A stretch of DNA of 63,963 nucleotides, the filler included, from Atractiella rhizophila (lineage: Eukaryota), in assembly GCA_021432655.1 (NCBI GenBank). It is 4 parts of 4 records of this genome, joined end to end, with 100 filler letters (N's around TTAATTAATTAA, not from the genome) between each part and the next. Parts side by side here need not be neighbours in the genome. Positions count along the whole stretch, not along the records: positions 24,607 to 49,038 come from MU271790.1; 3 more parts are not named here. One strand, 5' to 3'. The notes below the pieces were generated by a model. It was not told the DNA's origin and made no database searches. It saw only the letters and a list, made by a program, of their open reading frames with translations. Every line of letters begins with the position of its first letter. The stretch's first letter is position 1. The position numbers and the translations under genes are program-made. This document shows positions 24,607 to 36,200 of this stretch, piece by piece.

Positions 24607-24924
24607 GCATACTGTATGTAGAGCGAATAAGAAGCTTACCGGTTGATGATAAAGGCGACTCGGACTGGTGTCCAGCGCTCAGCCCGCCATATCGTCCTGT
24701 ATTCATCCGGGAAAGTAAGGATGAAATCCCAGGCGTAGATCGAAAAGCAAGCTGCCTTCTGATTGAATGAAATGTTCATGTTGGGAAATGCGAAAGTGCG
24801 CACCAGTGAGATATGTACGACTAGCAGAGAGAACTTCCTCCACAGCTTCTCGTTGGAGAGCGAGAACGAGCTGTTCTTCCACAGTTGGATTGGGACCAGC
24901 CAAAGCGGCAGGGGATGATGACAT
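24607..24924 (-). CDS. DUF6533 multi-TM receptor-like protein, copy 1 (3' part lost in gap)
   Basis: MSSSP...EEQLVLALQREAVEEVLSASRTYLT / ACFSIYAWDFILTFPDEYRTIWRAERWTPVRVAFIINR. Confidence 0.85.
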
Positions 24925-24988
24925 TCTCTCCGCTTGTCCGGTAGAATTGCTCTCAGATTTGCAGTTCACAGATACGAGGAAATACCCC

Positions 24989-25043
24989 CTTTATAGTTCT
25001 CAATGAATGTTGTGCTTATTGTAGGATCTTCCTGCTGTGAAAG
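24989..25043 (-). promoter_or_regulatory. TATA (TATAAAG) plus CTTTCACAGC element, copy 1
   Basis: Both motifs recur upstream of all four DUF6533 genes. Confidence 0.6.
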
Positions 25044-25623
25044 CCATTTCCCTCGATACCTCAATACAAAGTGAAGTACACCAATCGAAAAGGACCCACT
25101 CACACACGCTCGAAATCGACGGATGAGAATGCCAGCTTTTGGATCCTGGAATCTCTGCTCTAAGATCTGTCTTGTGTCCCTCAAGTGAATGTTTCCTCAT
25201 CGACATCCGCAAGAAACACGAACTTGAACATCCGTGCATCCGCGCAATTCTGAGAACTTTAGACAAGGTTTGTTTAGACTAACAGAATCTTTCAACAGGT
25301 CAGTCAAGGTCAGTTGAGGATGATGCGATTTCCATTCACTAGAGTGTGGAAAAATGAGAAGAGTCAATACAAATACCCTGGCGAGGCGAGGGGCAGTGGA
25401 GTTCTCACTAACCTCAAACAGTCGGCAGTGCTCATTCCATCAGTCTTAGACCTTGCTTAGACAGTCTCCTCACTCTCAACATGGGTTTGAACTCGCTCAA
25501 GCTCAATGGAAGACTCCAAGTGAGAAACTTGGGAACGAACGAGTGTCGGGAGGATCAGACAGTCTCTACCATCTGTTTTGCATTCTACCCTGCTACAGGT
25601 TCAAACGAGCACATCTGTTCATT

Positions 25624-27860
25624 CTAGAGCTTTCTCCTTTCTGTTTCTGCTTCGAATCTCGTCACAACGGTGTCACACCTTGCTTTCACATCTGCTCCGA
25701 AATAACTATTCCACCATCCGTCATTCCCCAGCTCTGGATCGATGTATCCAGGATACCCTCTCTTCTGACCGCCCAACCGCTCCATCATAGTATTGAGGAT
25801 GACATGTCCCTCCTTCGGAAGCGGGGGCTGATTGTCTGCAGTATGCACATAGAGCTGGAAGACAAGGAGGGCATCGCGATGAGAGAACGCGTTGGAAGAC
25901 GGAGGAGACGAGATTGCGCCACCCCAAATATTCGCCTTTCACCCAACTATGAGGGCTCGGAACGTGATGAGAAGAAGAAAAAACAGACCTCGATCCACCA
26001 AGATAGGTCTGTGCGAATTAACCTCGTGTAATCAAACAACCGCTTCACTTTTGTCCCGTCCAACTCTTCTCCTTCTCGATGACCGACTACAAGGGACTTA
26101 GCGTAGAAGGCGACTTTATCCTGTTCCCGAACAGTTCTTCAGAGCTCCTGAGGGACGATAAAAGGAAAGACAAACGTCTTCACGATCTGGGTCTCTCCCC
26201 AACTCCTCCAAATCGCCGTGTTCACCTGCTAAGATGCCAAGGCAACGCTTCCACTCTATCTCCTCACTCTCCTTCTTCCAACCCTCTTCAGACTTTAGGC
26301 CCAAGAAGTCTTCCATGTCTGTTTGCCAATGGACATCTTCCGAAGGGGGGCGATGATAGACGCCATGGATCTGGAGGACCTTCCCACCTGCTGCCACATC
26401 ACCCCAGGTTCAAAAGCAAGAATAAAGGAAGCCAGACCTTTGAGCCTCCATTGCGGTCCGAGCTCTGGATCAACACCGATCTTTGCCCACTCCTGCCACC
26501 GCAAAAGCTGTCGCTCAAGCCATCCATATTCCTCTTCTCTAATTTCTCTCTCATACGAAAAATAAGTGACCGTGGTTGGTTTCGGGTAAGTGCGATATGT
26601 CAGCTCAGTGATGATGATCAACGGCGCTCCATTTGGTCTCAGGAGATATTGTCCTGCTCCTCTCAGTGCCCTATCGCGCTCCACTGATCAGCCATCTAAC
26701 CTATGTATTAAGAAGGAAGCCATTCAAGCGTACCAGAACAAATCCTCATTCTCCGTCAAAGAACACACGACCTCTCCCCCATTCCATAGAACACCTTTCA
26801 CGGAAAGTAGGTTGTCACAGGCCAACCCGTGCGCGCGAGACCAGAAGCCGAAACCTCCTGCGAGTCTGAAATTTCAGTCAGCAGTGCGATGGACGGAGGT
26901 GAACTTACGTGTGACCTGTTGCGCCAACGTACGCTGCTCGATACAATAGGATGTCAGTGCCAATTCAGACGACTGAATGTAGGTGACAACAACTTTGAGG
27001 ATTAATCTCCTTGTCGCTTAGCGTGATCAAAATGCATTTGTTCGAAACGATCTCCATTGTGACCGCCGTGATGTGATCATGTTTCTTGATCGAAGGGAGA
27101 GAAGGATAGAATAGCAATCCCATGCCTCCTTTGACTAGAGGTGACAGCAGCCTACTTATGCGTCACTTGCTGACGCTACAAAGGGTTCCCTGGCACGATG
27201 CCAGCGCTGACTGTTCATCAAGAAAGAGTGAAAATATTCTTGTGTTCCAAGTGGAAAATTGAGAGCAAGCTCGTACGAACTATTTTATGTGACACAAAGA
27301 CAAAATCAAGGATTAATGGATCCACTCCTATACAATGCTCAAGCACGGTTTGTGGCAAGTTGAAAGCATTGACAACATTGAACGTTGTCAATCCTTCAAA
27401 GATTTACGTGTCATAAGGTCATTTCTTTATATACTGAAAGAGCTTCGGCCCAAACACACTCACGACAAGTTCCATGAGGCATAGCTCTCCCCTCTTTGTC
27501 TAAAGCGAGTGCGATAACACCCAATCGGGCTCCAGAGCCTACCATCACCTCTTCTCCTTGTACACGGACCCAGTTCATATCCCGGCAATCCACCACCCAT
27601 TTCCCATCCGGTGTCGAAGCAGCAGCATAGGAATGACCTCCCGCTCGCGGCCAGATCGGAAGATCCACGTTTGAGGCATGCAGCGAGGAAAAGAAAGAGG
27701 ATAGTTGGGCGGAGGACGATGGGCGGATTATGCCTAGTGGACGAGGGGAGAAACGGTGGGCGTAGGGTGTCGTCAAGGATGGGTATGAGGGAGAAGAGGG
27801 AGTGATGATAGGTAGGGAGAGGGAGGAGCAGAGTTGGGAGACTTTCGATGTGTCATCCAT
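25624..27860 (-). CDS. Berberine-bridge-enzyme-like (AA7/GOOX-like) FAD-linked oxidase, no evident signal peptide
   Basis: RAGGHSY (FAD His), HGTC/PYVGATGH (FAD Cys), GGFGFWSRAHGLACDNL, ENEDLFW/ALRGAG, FYAKSL, and a BBE C-terminal YPGYIDPEL...YFG. Confidence 0.88.
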
Positions 27861-28487
27861 TTGGACTGTTCCAAGCAACCGCCACGCACGAACAGCCGCT
27901 TTTATTCTCCCAAGAAAGATGATCAGTGGTAAACGATAATTGATCCAGAGATAGTACGATGTAGAGTACGAGACAGGACAGGCGATTGCTGGCTGGACAA
28001 GACAAAATTGGCGAAATGATCGAAAGAAATGCGTGGGGGAACATTGAAATGATTACATTGTCATCGATACACTGTGGTACACATCTCAGTATTACAGCTG
28101 CATCTTATCCAGGTTAGTGCGGCCTTGGGGAGGAAGCATCGGAGGTTACAGATGACTCTCGCATCGATGATTGCTGATGTAGTTTAGTTCTGACCTGAAA
28201 TACATCTTCTCGGTGTATCACAGCAAAGGATCAACCCGCAGACAGCAACTCCGCACAGTCAAGAATAGCCTCGACCTCTATTGGGTCTGGGTCTAAATAA
28301 CGATGAAAGCGTGCTCAGGATATCTGTGAAAGGCTAGCTACAATGAACATGTTCCGATAGAGAATGAAACCTCGAAGCCCTTTGTCTGTCGGTGGCCTTG
28401 TTTTCAGGTTACCCTTAAAAGGTGGCCAAGCCTCAGCTTCCTGACGATATCTACTTGTGGAGTATTACATTACATCGAAGGCACAAC

Positions 28488-30614
28488 ATGCTTTCTTTTC
28501 TCCTTTCTACACTCCTTGCTTCAACCATCAATGCGCAGAATTACGGTAGTGAGCGCCTTCATGTCGCTCGTGCAGGCAAGCAGAATCATATCATCGCTCA
28601 GTATTATCCAGGCTTGTCAGCTCCTACATCCTCGAAGGCGGACTGATATGAGTTGTAGCCTATAATTCCTTCTTCCAACCGCCGGCGAAGTTGGACTGGA
28701 ACTACATTGTGAGTCGAGTCTTTCCACTGCTCACCCGTTAAAATAGCATTGAATAGGACATCCTCTACTACTTCGATTTTCCCACCGCTCCAGACGGTAT
28801 TGGAGCAAACGACGGAGGGGACGACGAATTGATCAAGACACTTGTGACTGATGCTCACGCTAGTAAGCGACTTCGCATCCTGGTTACAAAGTAGGCTCAG
28901 ACAAAGCTAGATAAGAAGAAGATTCTGTTCACTATCGGTGGTTGGACAGGCAGTCGGTACTTTTCTGCCTTGACTAACAACACTGCTTCTAGAACCAGTT
29001 TCGCCAATCAAATCGCAGACATGATCACTAAGCACGGCTTTGATGGTGAGTCTACCCCCTTAGGAACAAACGCGAGTCTGATGGCTGGCAGGCGTGGACC
29101 TTGACTGGGTAAGAATGCCAGTATGATGCATGAATTGAATTAAGAGCTTTTGTGTGTAGGAATACGTGAGTATCCTGATTCCCAATGTTTTTGGGCTTAC
29201 CTGTTGTACAGCTCAACAGTGAAGGCATTGGGTGCAACACCCCACATGCTAACGATACTGCAAACTTTTTGGCGTTCCTCAACCAATTGCGAACTGTCCT
29301 GGATGGTCTTCATGGCGACAAAAAGCTTCTGACCATTGCAGTTGGATTGGATGGGTGAGAACATTCGTAGTTCTGAATACGCCTGCTGATTTCCTGAGCT
29401 CCAATAGACTCGCAGATGGTGACCCGTAACCGTATAGGAGGCTTTCGTGCTAACCTTTGCAGCAGAAAACGGCGATCCTGTCAAGGATTTGGGTCCTTTC
29501 GCTGCTCCATTAGACTACGTTGTGCGTCGCTGCCGCCACTTGCCCTGTTGAGAGAGTCTGAATTCCAGCCTGCTTCTAGACCCTCATGAACGTGAGCCAT
29601 CAGCTTTTTCGTAAAAGGTATGCCTCACTGAATGGGTTTGTGTTGCCCAGTACGATGTCTGTACGTTGATTTTCTTTGACAAGGCTTTTAAAAATCTGAC
29701 TAGGCTTTTAGATTGGGCCGGGTATATCTCTCTCTCTAAATATGTAACAGGTCTAAAGAGTCTGCCCAGCGCACCAATAACTGGTCCGAATTCGCCCCTG
29801 TCTCAGGAAGGATGCTCTGATCTACCAGATGCGACTTCCGAGTCCGCCACACAAGCTGTTAAGTTGTGGACTGACGCGGGCTTTCCTGCTAAGAAACTAT
29901 TACTTGTCTGCATCTCCTCCCTTCTTTTTCTGCATGCTGACAGGGAACAGGGCACCCCTGGGTATGCCAGGAGCTGGACTGCTAACAGCAAGACTCCTGT
30001 TTTATATCAGGCGGTCAAACCTGGAGCATTTCCTCACGGCGATCAGCTTGATTCCAATGGCGGATTAGATGTTTGCGGCAATGCCACAACCCCGGATGGT
30101 ATCATTTTGGTTAAGAACCTTATTCAAAGCTGGAAGGTATGTTGCTGTTGCCCGTTGATGAGATGTCGCTCAATTAAACAACTAGATTTTGTCATCAGAT
30201 GAGAAGAAGGGACTGAACGGATACACGAGATGTAAGCCGCTGCCCTTACTGATCGCTATCACAGGTACTAACCTGTAATATCTCCACAATCAGATTGGAG
30301 CTCCTGTACTTCAACGGTACGTTGCCTGAATAAGAATGTACAAACTGACGACCTTCTTCAGCCATACCTTTTCAACCCCAACAACCAGACAATCACAAGC
30401 TACGAAGACTCCAAGTCAACGTCTATTAAAGCCCAATTCGTGGTGGAAAAGGGTATGGCTGGCATGTAAGCTTCCTCTTTCCTTCCTTTTGCCTTTTGGG
30501 ACAGTCTGACTAGCGCTACAGGGCATGGTTTGATTCGGAAGGTCCAACAACTTCCATGTTGAAAGCTGCTAGATCAGCTTTGTCCGGTTCGAAGACAAGT
30601 TCAGGTTGCAACTA
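28488..30614 (+). CDS. Secreted GH18 chitinase, very intron-rich
   Basis: Signal peptide MLSFLLSTLLASTINA; KILFTIGGWTGSRYFS; FDG/VDLDW/EY catalytic motif; WTDAGFPAKKLLL; PYLFNP...SYEDSKS. Confidence 0.93.
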
Positions 30615-30847
30615 AATCCCTCTAGTCGCTCTCGATGTTTGCCGAATACATGAGTATTCTCCGTTGGCCAGCGCCTGATCGTACTCTTTCAAATATCTTT
30701 GGAGCCCAAGACGGGGTCCAAAAGGTGAGTAGATAACGAGAAAGGAGTCCTTCCATTGCAAGTCCAGTAATAAGTAAGGCGAGAAAAGCAACAATATATT
30801 ACAGTAATATACATGGATATCAACCGGGTCATGTCATGAATTTTGCC

Positions 30848-33193
30848 CTAAGCAAGCCTCGCAGGACTAGGTTGAGCGGATGAAATTCTAGATCCACCAC
30901 TCTTGAGGAGACCGCCCTGCCTATTTCTCCTAACAGCATCGATAATACCCCACTGCCATCTCTCCGCCCATTCCTCCTCTCCCATGCCTTCCTCCCAAAA
31001 CCAACCTTCGGGAAAGTTGCCCGCCGGCCTAACAAGTCTCGCCCCTTCCTCCGCTCCCCGTTCCCAACTATTCCTTAACAATGCTAACGCCTCTTCGCCA
31101 GACGTGACATTTTCGGAACCTTTGATAAACCTCCATTGACGGATTGGGAATCCAATACGGACGGTAGTGTAGCGCGAACCAAAGAAGAGACGGAGGAGAA
31201 GCATGATAGGATAGACCAATAGGATTGTGAGGATAACTCGTATGGGGATAGGTAGAGTGAAGACCTTGTTCCACTTCGAGGAGCCAGAAACGGAGATTCT
31301 TGACGATGTGTAGGTCCAGGTGATGGCGATCTCTCCGGAATAAGGTGCTTGATTCCGAATAATCTCGCCTATCATCCTCTCCGCCTCTCGGAAGTCAAAC
31401 CCGAAGACTTTCTTCTCTACTATCATCTCTTTGAAGGGAACCAAAGAATCCGCAAAGTCCTGACACCACACCCTGACCTTTTCATTCTGATTATGCACCT
31501 GCTCCGCATGTAGCGTCGATGCGGTAGCATGAGTAGAATGTTCAAGGTGTAAACCACCGAAGAGGGCAGTGGAAGTCGGCGTGGGGAGCAGGTCTGACTG
31601 TTCAAGGGCTGAATGGTCCAACCAACCGGGAAGACCGCGTTTCTGCCTTTCCCGTTCCTTACGAGTCGTCTCCTTCCGCTCCTTATTCCAAGGTGGTCCC
31701 ATTCGCTTGGTCTTCAAAACCAGGTTTCGATCATTCTCCTCTTCCAATCGAATCCCTTCTTTCTTTCCTCCGAGTGCATGCCACATCTCACCACGATAAG
31801 CGGGAACCTCGGGACCGACAGCATAAAGAAGTCCGTGGGAGCTTGAGGACGAGGATGAAGAATGAAGAAGGGGTATGGAGAACTGGAAATCGACCACTGT
31901 CGCAGACCGCTTTCGCTGATGTGCAACTTGTCGACCCTGGGATAAAATGAGCGACGTATGACGAAATTGCAGGACATACATTCTGTGTCTTCCATACAGT
32001 CTCATTGCGATGCTCCTTATGTGAACCGACCACCTCACAAACTATGCCGGGACTGCTGGTAGCCTGCAACCTGAGGAATTGAAACAGAGCTTCCCCTGAA
32101 GACGCGAGATGTGCATCATGACTATCCCAGTTCTTGTCAGCTAGGGAAACTTTCCACACAAAGTTATAAGACGCAGGAAACATCTCTATTCCACTTTGAA
32201 ATGACATTTATATTTGAAAGTTGCCCTAAAGCAGGAAGAAAGTTTGATATGGATGGTACTGGATGAAGTTCAAACTGCTTTGACCAAGAGCCAGTTGGGC
32301 GGAAAGCAGCCTTTGTCACTTCCTACTGTCGCACGAGTCACATCATGGTTATGATGAACCCACATCTCTGAAAAGAGAAGCTCTCATGCGGACGCGATTA
32401 AAAAGGTAGACGAAGCTCATCAATCTGGAGCGTGCGTGAATGCAGACTCACGTTACGTTCTACGTTCGGAGGCACAGCATCTTCTCTTCCTAACTAGAGA
32501 AGCTGGCCGAAACAGCTAAGGAACGGTCACGTCTGCGATGTAGCGCTGAAAACTGACGAAGGACTGCGCAACACCGTATGTGCAACATGAAGGAAACAGG
32601 CGCGTAAGACATGTCTTTCTTGCTCTGGTAGTCCCTCTACGGAGAACATGATTCTCTGAGGCAAGCGAAGCGATTAACTCCTCGCACGCACAGTGGCAGG
32701 GCAGCGGAAATCTCCGACGCAGACAACAGTCCTGTCCTCCGCAGGCATCTGAGAGTCTGACGCGCAAAGGTAACGGACGTCTCCAAGTGCAGTTTGCACA
32801 CTCCCCCTAAGCTGCAAGAAAATCCATTCTCGAAAGAAGCGAAAAGAAAGAGACAACATACCTCCAAATATTTCCCCACCTATCCATCCTATACCTCGGT
32901 CTATACTCTTCGAAAGGCGGCAGCTCTCCTAAATCATCTCCCAACCTCACAGGCTCCCTTTCCTCCTCCTCCGCAACCACCCTAGTCGCATCAACCATAG
33001 CCTCCCTATCTCTCTCCCTCTCCACCAAAATCTTCTTCCTCACCTCCGGGTTCAGCTGGTCAATCAACCGCTCCTCCGGGCCGTTGTTCGCACCAGAAGA
33101 ACTGCCAGGGAGCAGCGTGGCTGTTGTGCTCGTGATGCGCGAGCCGGAGGAAGAGGCACCGTCGGTGCTGGTCGCTGCGTCTGGGAGAATCAT
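30848..33193 (-). CDS. Conserved fungal hypothetical protein with C-terminal TM segment
   Basis: LPPFEEY...GNIW/SHDAHL..GEALFQFL, VVDFQFSI, WCQDFADS, ILLVYPIMLLLRLF; introns at 32122-32861 and ~31940-31983. Confidence 0.75.
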
Positions 33194-33410
33194 GTTTTCT
33201 CGCCCTACACGGGGGCTCACGACAACAGTTGAATGCTAAGCTCGCTCAGGGGGGAAGGTTGGGACGTGGCCGTTTGGTTTTGTCGTTCGGGGTCGGCAGC
33301 TACGAGTCACAGTCACCCATCGAAGAACATCCATCCGCAGCTCAATCTTTATTGGCAATTGGCAAGAAGTGCCACTGGCAGAGTAAAGTGTAACGTGTCC
33401 TCTTTTAGCT

Positions 33411-34033
33411 ATGCCACGTCCTTTGACAGCGGAAGAGCGTACGACCCTTCTCCGCCTGTGCACACAAGCGAAGGAAGCCTCTTACTCCCCTTACTCCAAG
33501 TTCCGAGTCGGAGCTTGTCTCCTGACTGAAGACGGGACGTTTATCAAAGGCTGCAACGTCGAGAACGCTTCTTACGGTGCTCCACCTCTTACTCCTCAAA
33601 GGGAATGCTGATCGATCCATGAATTGGAGGATAGGAGGAGCGATCTGTGCGGAACGAACTGCGGTCGTAAAAGCAGTCGTTCGTCTCCTTCCCCACCCTC
33701 TCCTTATACCCAGTTCACGCAGTATATGGAACGGGAATAGAGTGAGGGTCACCGCTCATTCCTCGGTATCGCAGTCACTTCCGACGTTCCCTCTCCCATT
33801 TCTCCATGTGGCATCTGTCGCCAATTCCTGAGGGAATTCTTCGCGCCACAGGTTGGTAATCTCCATCTCCATCCGTGCATGAGATCTGACTAAGGTGAAA
33901 GACGCCTATCCTCCTACTTGCCGGTGGAGAGGACGGGAAGGAAGCCGAGGCGAAAGTGTTGGAGATGACAATGGAACAGATCTTACCAATGGGTTTTGGG
34001 CCAGAGGATTTGGAGAAGCCGCGAGGGAAGTGA
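33411..34033 (+). CDS. CDD1: Cytidine deaminase
   Basis: YSPYSKFRVGA, GCNVENASY, ICAERTA, SPCGICRQFLREF, LPMGFGPEDL. Confidence 0.96.
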
Positions 34034-34156
34034 GCAGGAGTCGGTGAATTGAAAGTGTCATATCTTGAGGTCAATATCTGAGGAGGAAATGTGTCGTTGT
34101 TCAAATAAGTAAAAAATGGAAGGATAGTGTACAAAGACAATGATTCGGTGCCATGA

Positions 34157-34707
34157 CTAGAACCAAGTTTTGGTGGTGAGACTTCGAGCGGCCTTCATTT
34201 GTCGATACTGTTCCCTATCTCATCAGTACCTCTAATGGCAGGAAAGAGAGGAATGTGGGAGTACGAAGACCTACCCATTCGGTCTTGCATTCTCTGTAGT
34301 TCTCGAAAAAGTCCTCACACATCGAATGGTTGTAATTATACTTGTCCAGACACTTCATCGACTCCTGCATCCATTCATATCCGAGTCCCGTCCAACGTCA
34401 TTTGAGGTGGGCTACAGAGAGGTAAACAGACCCACACTTTGAGCTGGGACCACCAACGAGTGTCATGAAAACTGGTCTAATTGACAACATGAATGAAACA
34501 AAATAAACGCACCCATAGCACACGGATTCGTGTACCTGCTAGCCTCTTTCCTAACGCAATACACGCCTCAGTAAATACTCGGTCTCACACGAGCATAGCC
34601 CAGTGACAGAAACGGACGCACTTTCCATCTATGAATTCCTCTACGTTCCGCGGTATCCGCGCCTCGGGAGAAGGCGTAGAGGGTAGGGGAGTACGGTCTT
34701 TCGGCAT
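34157..34707 (-). CDS. COX23: Twin CX9C mitochondrial protein Cox23 (5 small exons)
   Basis: Spliced MPKDR...FIDGK/...SRYTNPCAM/AQS/ESMKCLDKYNYNHSMCEDFFENYRECKTEW/YRQMKAAR; both CX9C spacings are satisfied. Confidence 0.85.
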
Positions 34708-34888
34708 GTTCCTCAACAACTTCCTCGTTCACTTCCTTTCCTCGTCGTCGACCGGGAACTTTGCGGGAAGAACTTTATTTTGTGTTTGCCGATCAAATAT
34801 TCCGAAAAGTCAGGTGACTTGAGCAACCAATAGAGATATTCTGGATTTCGCTTGATCTTGTCTATTTCTCATTCTATAAATTGTAAAG

Positions 34889-35856
34889 ATGGCGCAGATC
34901 GAGGTGTATGTACTCTCGGCGAAAACGCACTCGCAGCGTCGCTTTCCCGTCACCCTCACCATATCAGACCTTCAGGTGAGTCCTACTTGCGTATACTTGC
35001 TTTGCTCTCAAGGGTCTCTCGCGACTCACGGCTGATCAGATGTTTGATAACAGGGGAAACTAGAAATGATAACCGGTATTCCAACATAATCCCAAACCCT
35101 CGAGCTACACCGATCTGGAGGATTGGGGTTGGGAGAAGAAGGGGAGTTGTTGAGGAAGATAGATCTGAGCGGAGAGGCGAGGAAAACTCTGGGCGAGGCG
35201 GGAGTAGGAGAAGGAATGACGATCAAAGTGCTTTTTCCTTCGCTCTGCGCTCTTGAGGAGCGGCGCTGCTGATCCACAAGAGGGAGTAGGTGCTGGGAGG
35301 ATATGACGATGATGCAGAAGAAGAAGAGAAAGCACACAAGTTCGACATCACACAAGCAGAATACGAGAAGCGTTCCGGTCCGTTACAGCTCTCACATCTC
35401 CATTATTCATTTCCATGCTGATTTGCCTTATCAGACTCCCTCCTCGCCTTCAAACAACGCAACAAGCTCGGTCGGTTCGGTGCCCAAGTCGCTGAACCCT
35501 CTATACCCGTGCCAGAAGAGTTGAAGTCCGGTGCACGATGCGAAGTCGAAGGTGGGAGGAGAGGAACAATCCGATTCGTAGGCGAAACGAAGTTCTCGAA
35601 AGGGACGTGGGTGGGAGTAGAGTATGATGAGCCGGTGGGAAAGAACGACGGATCGTATGTTTCTCTTCCTCCCTTGTCTCTCTTCAATTTCTCTTCGCGA
35701 TTCCATACTAAATTGAGGATATGGATGGTCGATAGTGTGGATGGAACACGATATTTTGAGGCAAAAGACAAATTCGGCGGTTTCATCAGGACTGACAAGG
35801 TCAAGGTAGGGGATTATCCTGTGCGAAATATCGAAGACGAGATGGAGGAGATGTAG
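34889..35856 (+). CDS. ALF1: Tubulin folding cofactor B (Ubl + CAP-Gly)
   Basis: KLEMITGIP, YEKR/DSLLAFKQRNKLGRFG, RGTIRFVGETKFSKGTWVGVEYDEPVGKNDG, VKVGDYP. Confidence 0.95.
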
Positions 35857-36200
35857 ACTCTGCCCATTCAGAATGGAGAACTAATCGGTGCCCATCCCAA
35901 GGTGTATGTACAATATAACAGAAAAATTGAACACGGAGGGCTTTACTTGAGCGAATATAGTAGATTTGGTTTCGCCTTTTGGTGCACTGATCGCGCGATA
36001 ATATCGATACAGTGTGAAAAGGAAGTAAAGAGCCATCCGTCATCATTGAGAGAGACGAATCCATGAATGTTAGTGGAACAACAGGAAAGTATGGGTTGCA
36101 TTTGGCAGGCTTTTCTAAACAGTAATGCGTCTTATTCACCCTTGAGTGATTGGATCTCTGACGATTCCTGAAAAGCCTGTCAGTTTCGGATGTTTACGCA

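Noticed and set aside
32553..32605. CTGACGA...GAAAC, possible hammerhead ribozyme core
   Set aside because: Stem II closing bases do not pair and no stem I/III with a cleavage triplet can be formed.
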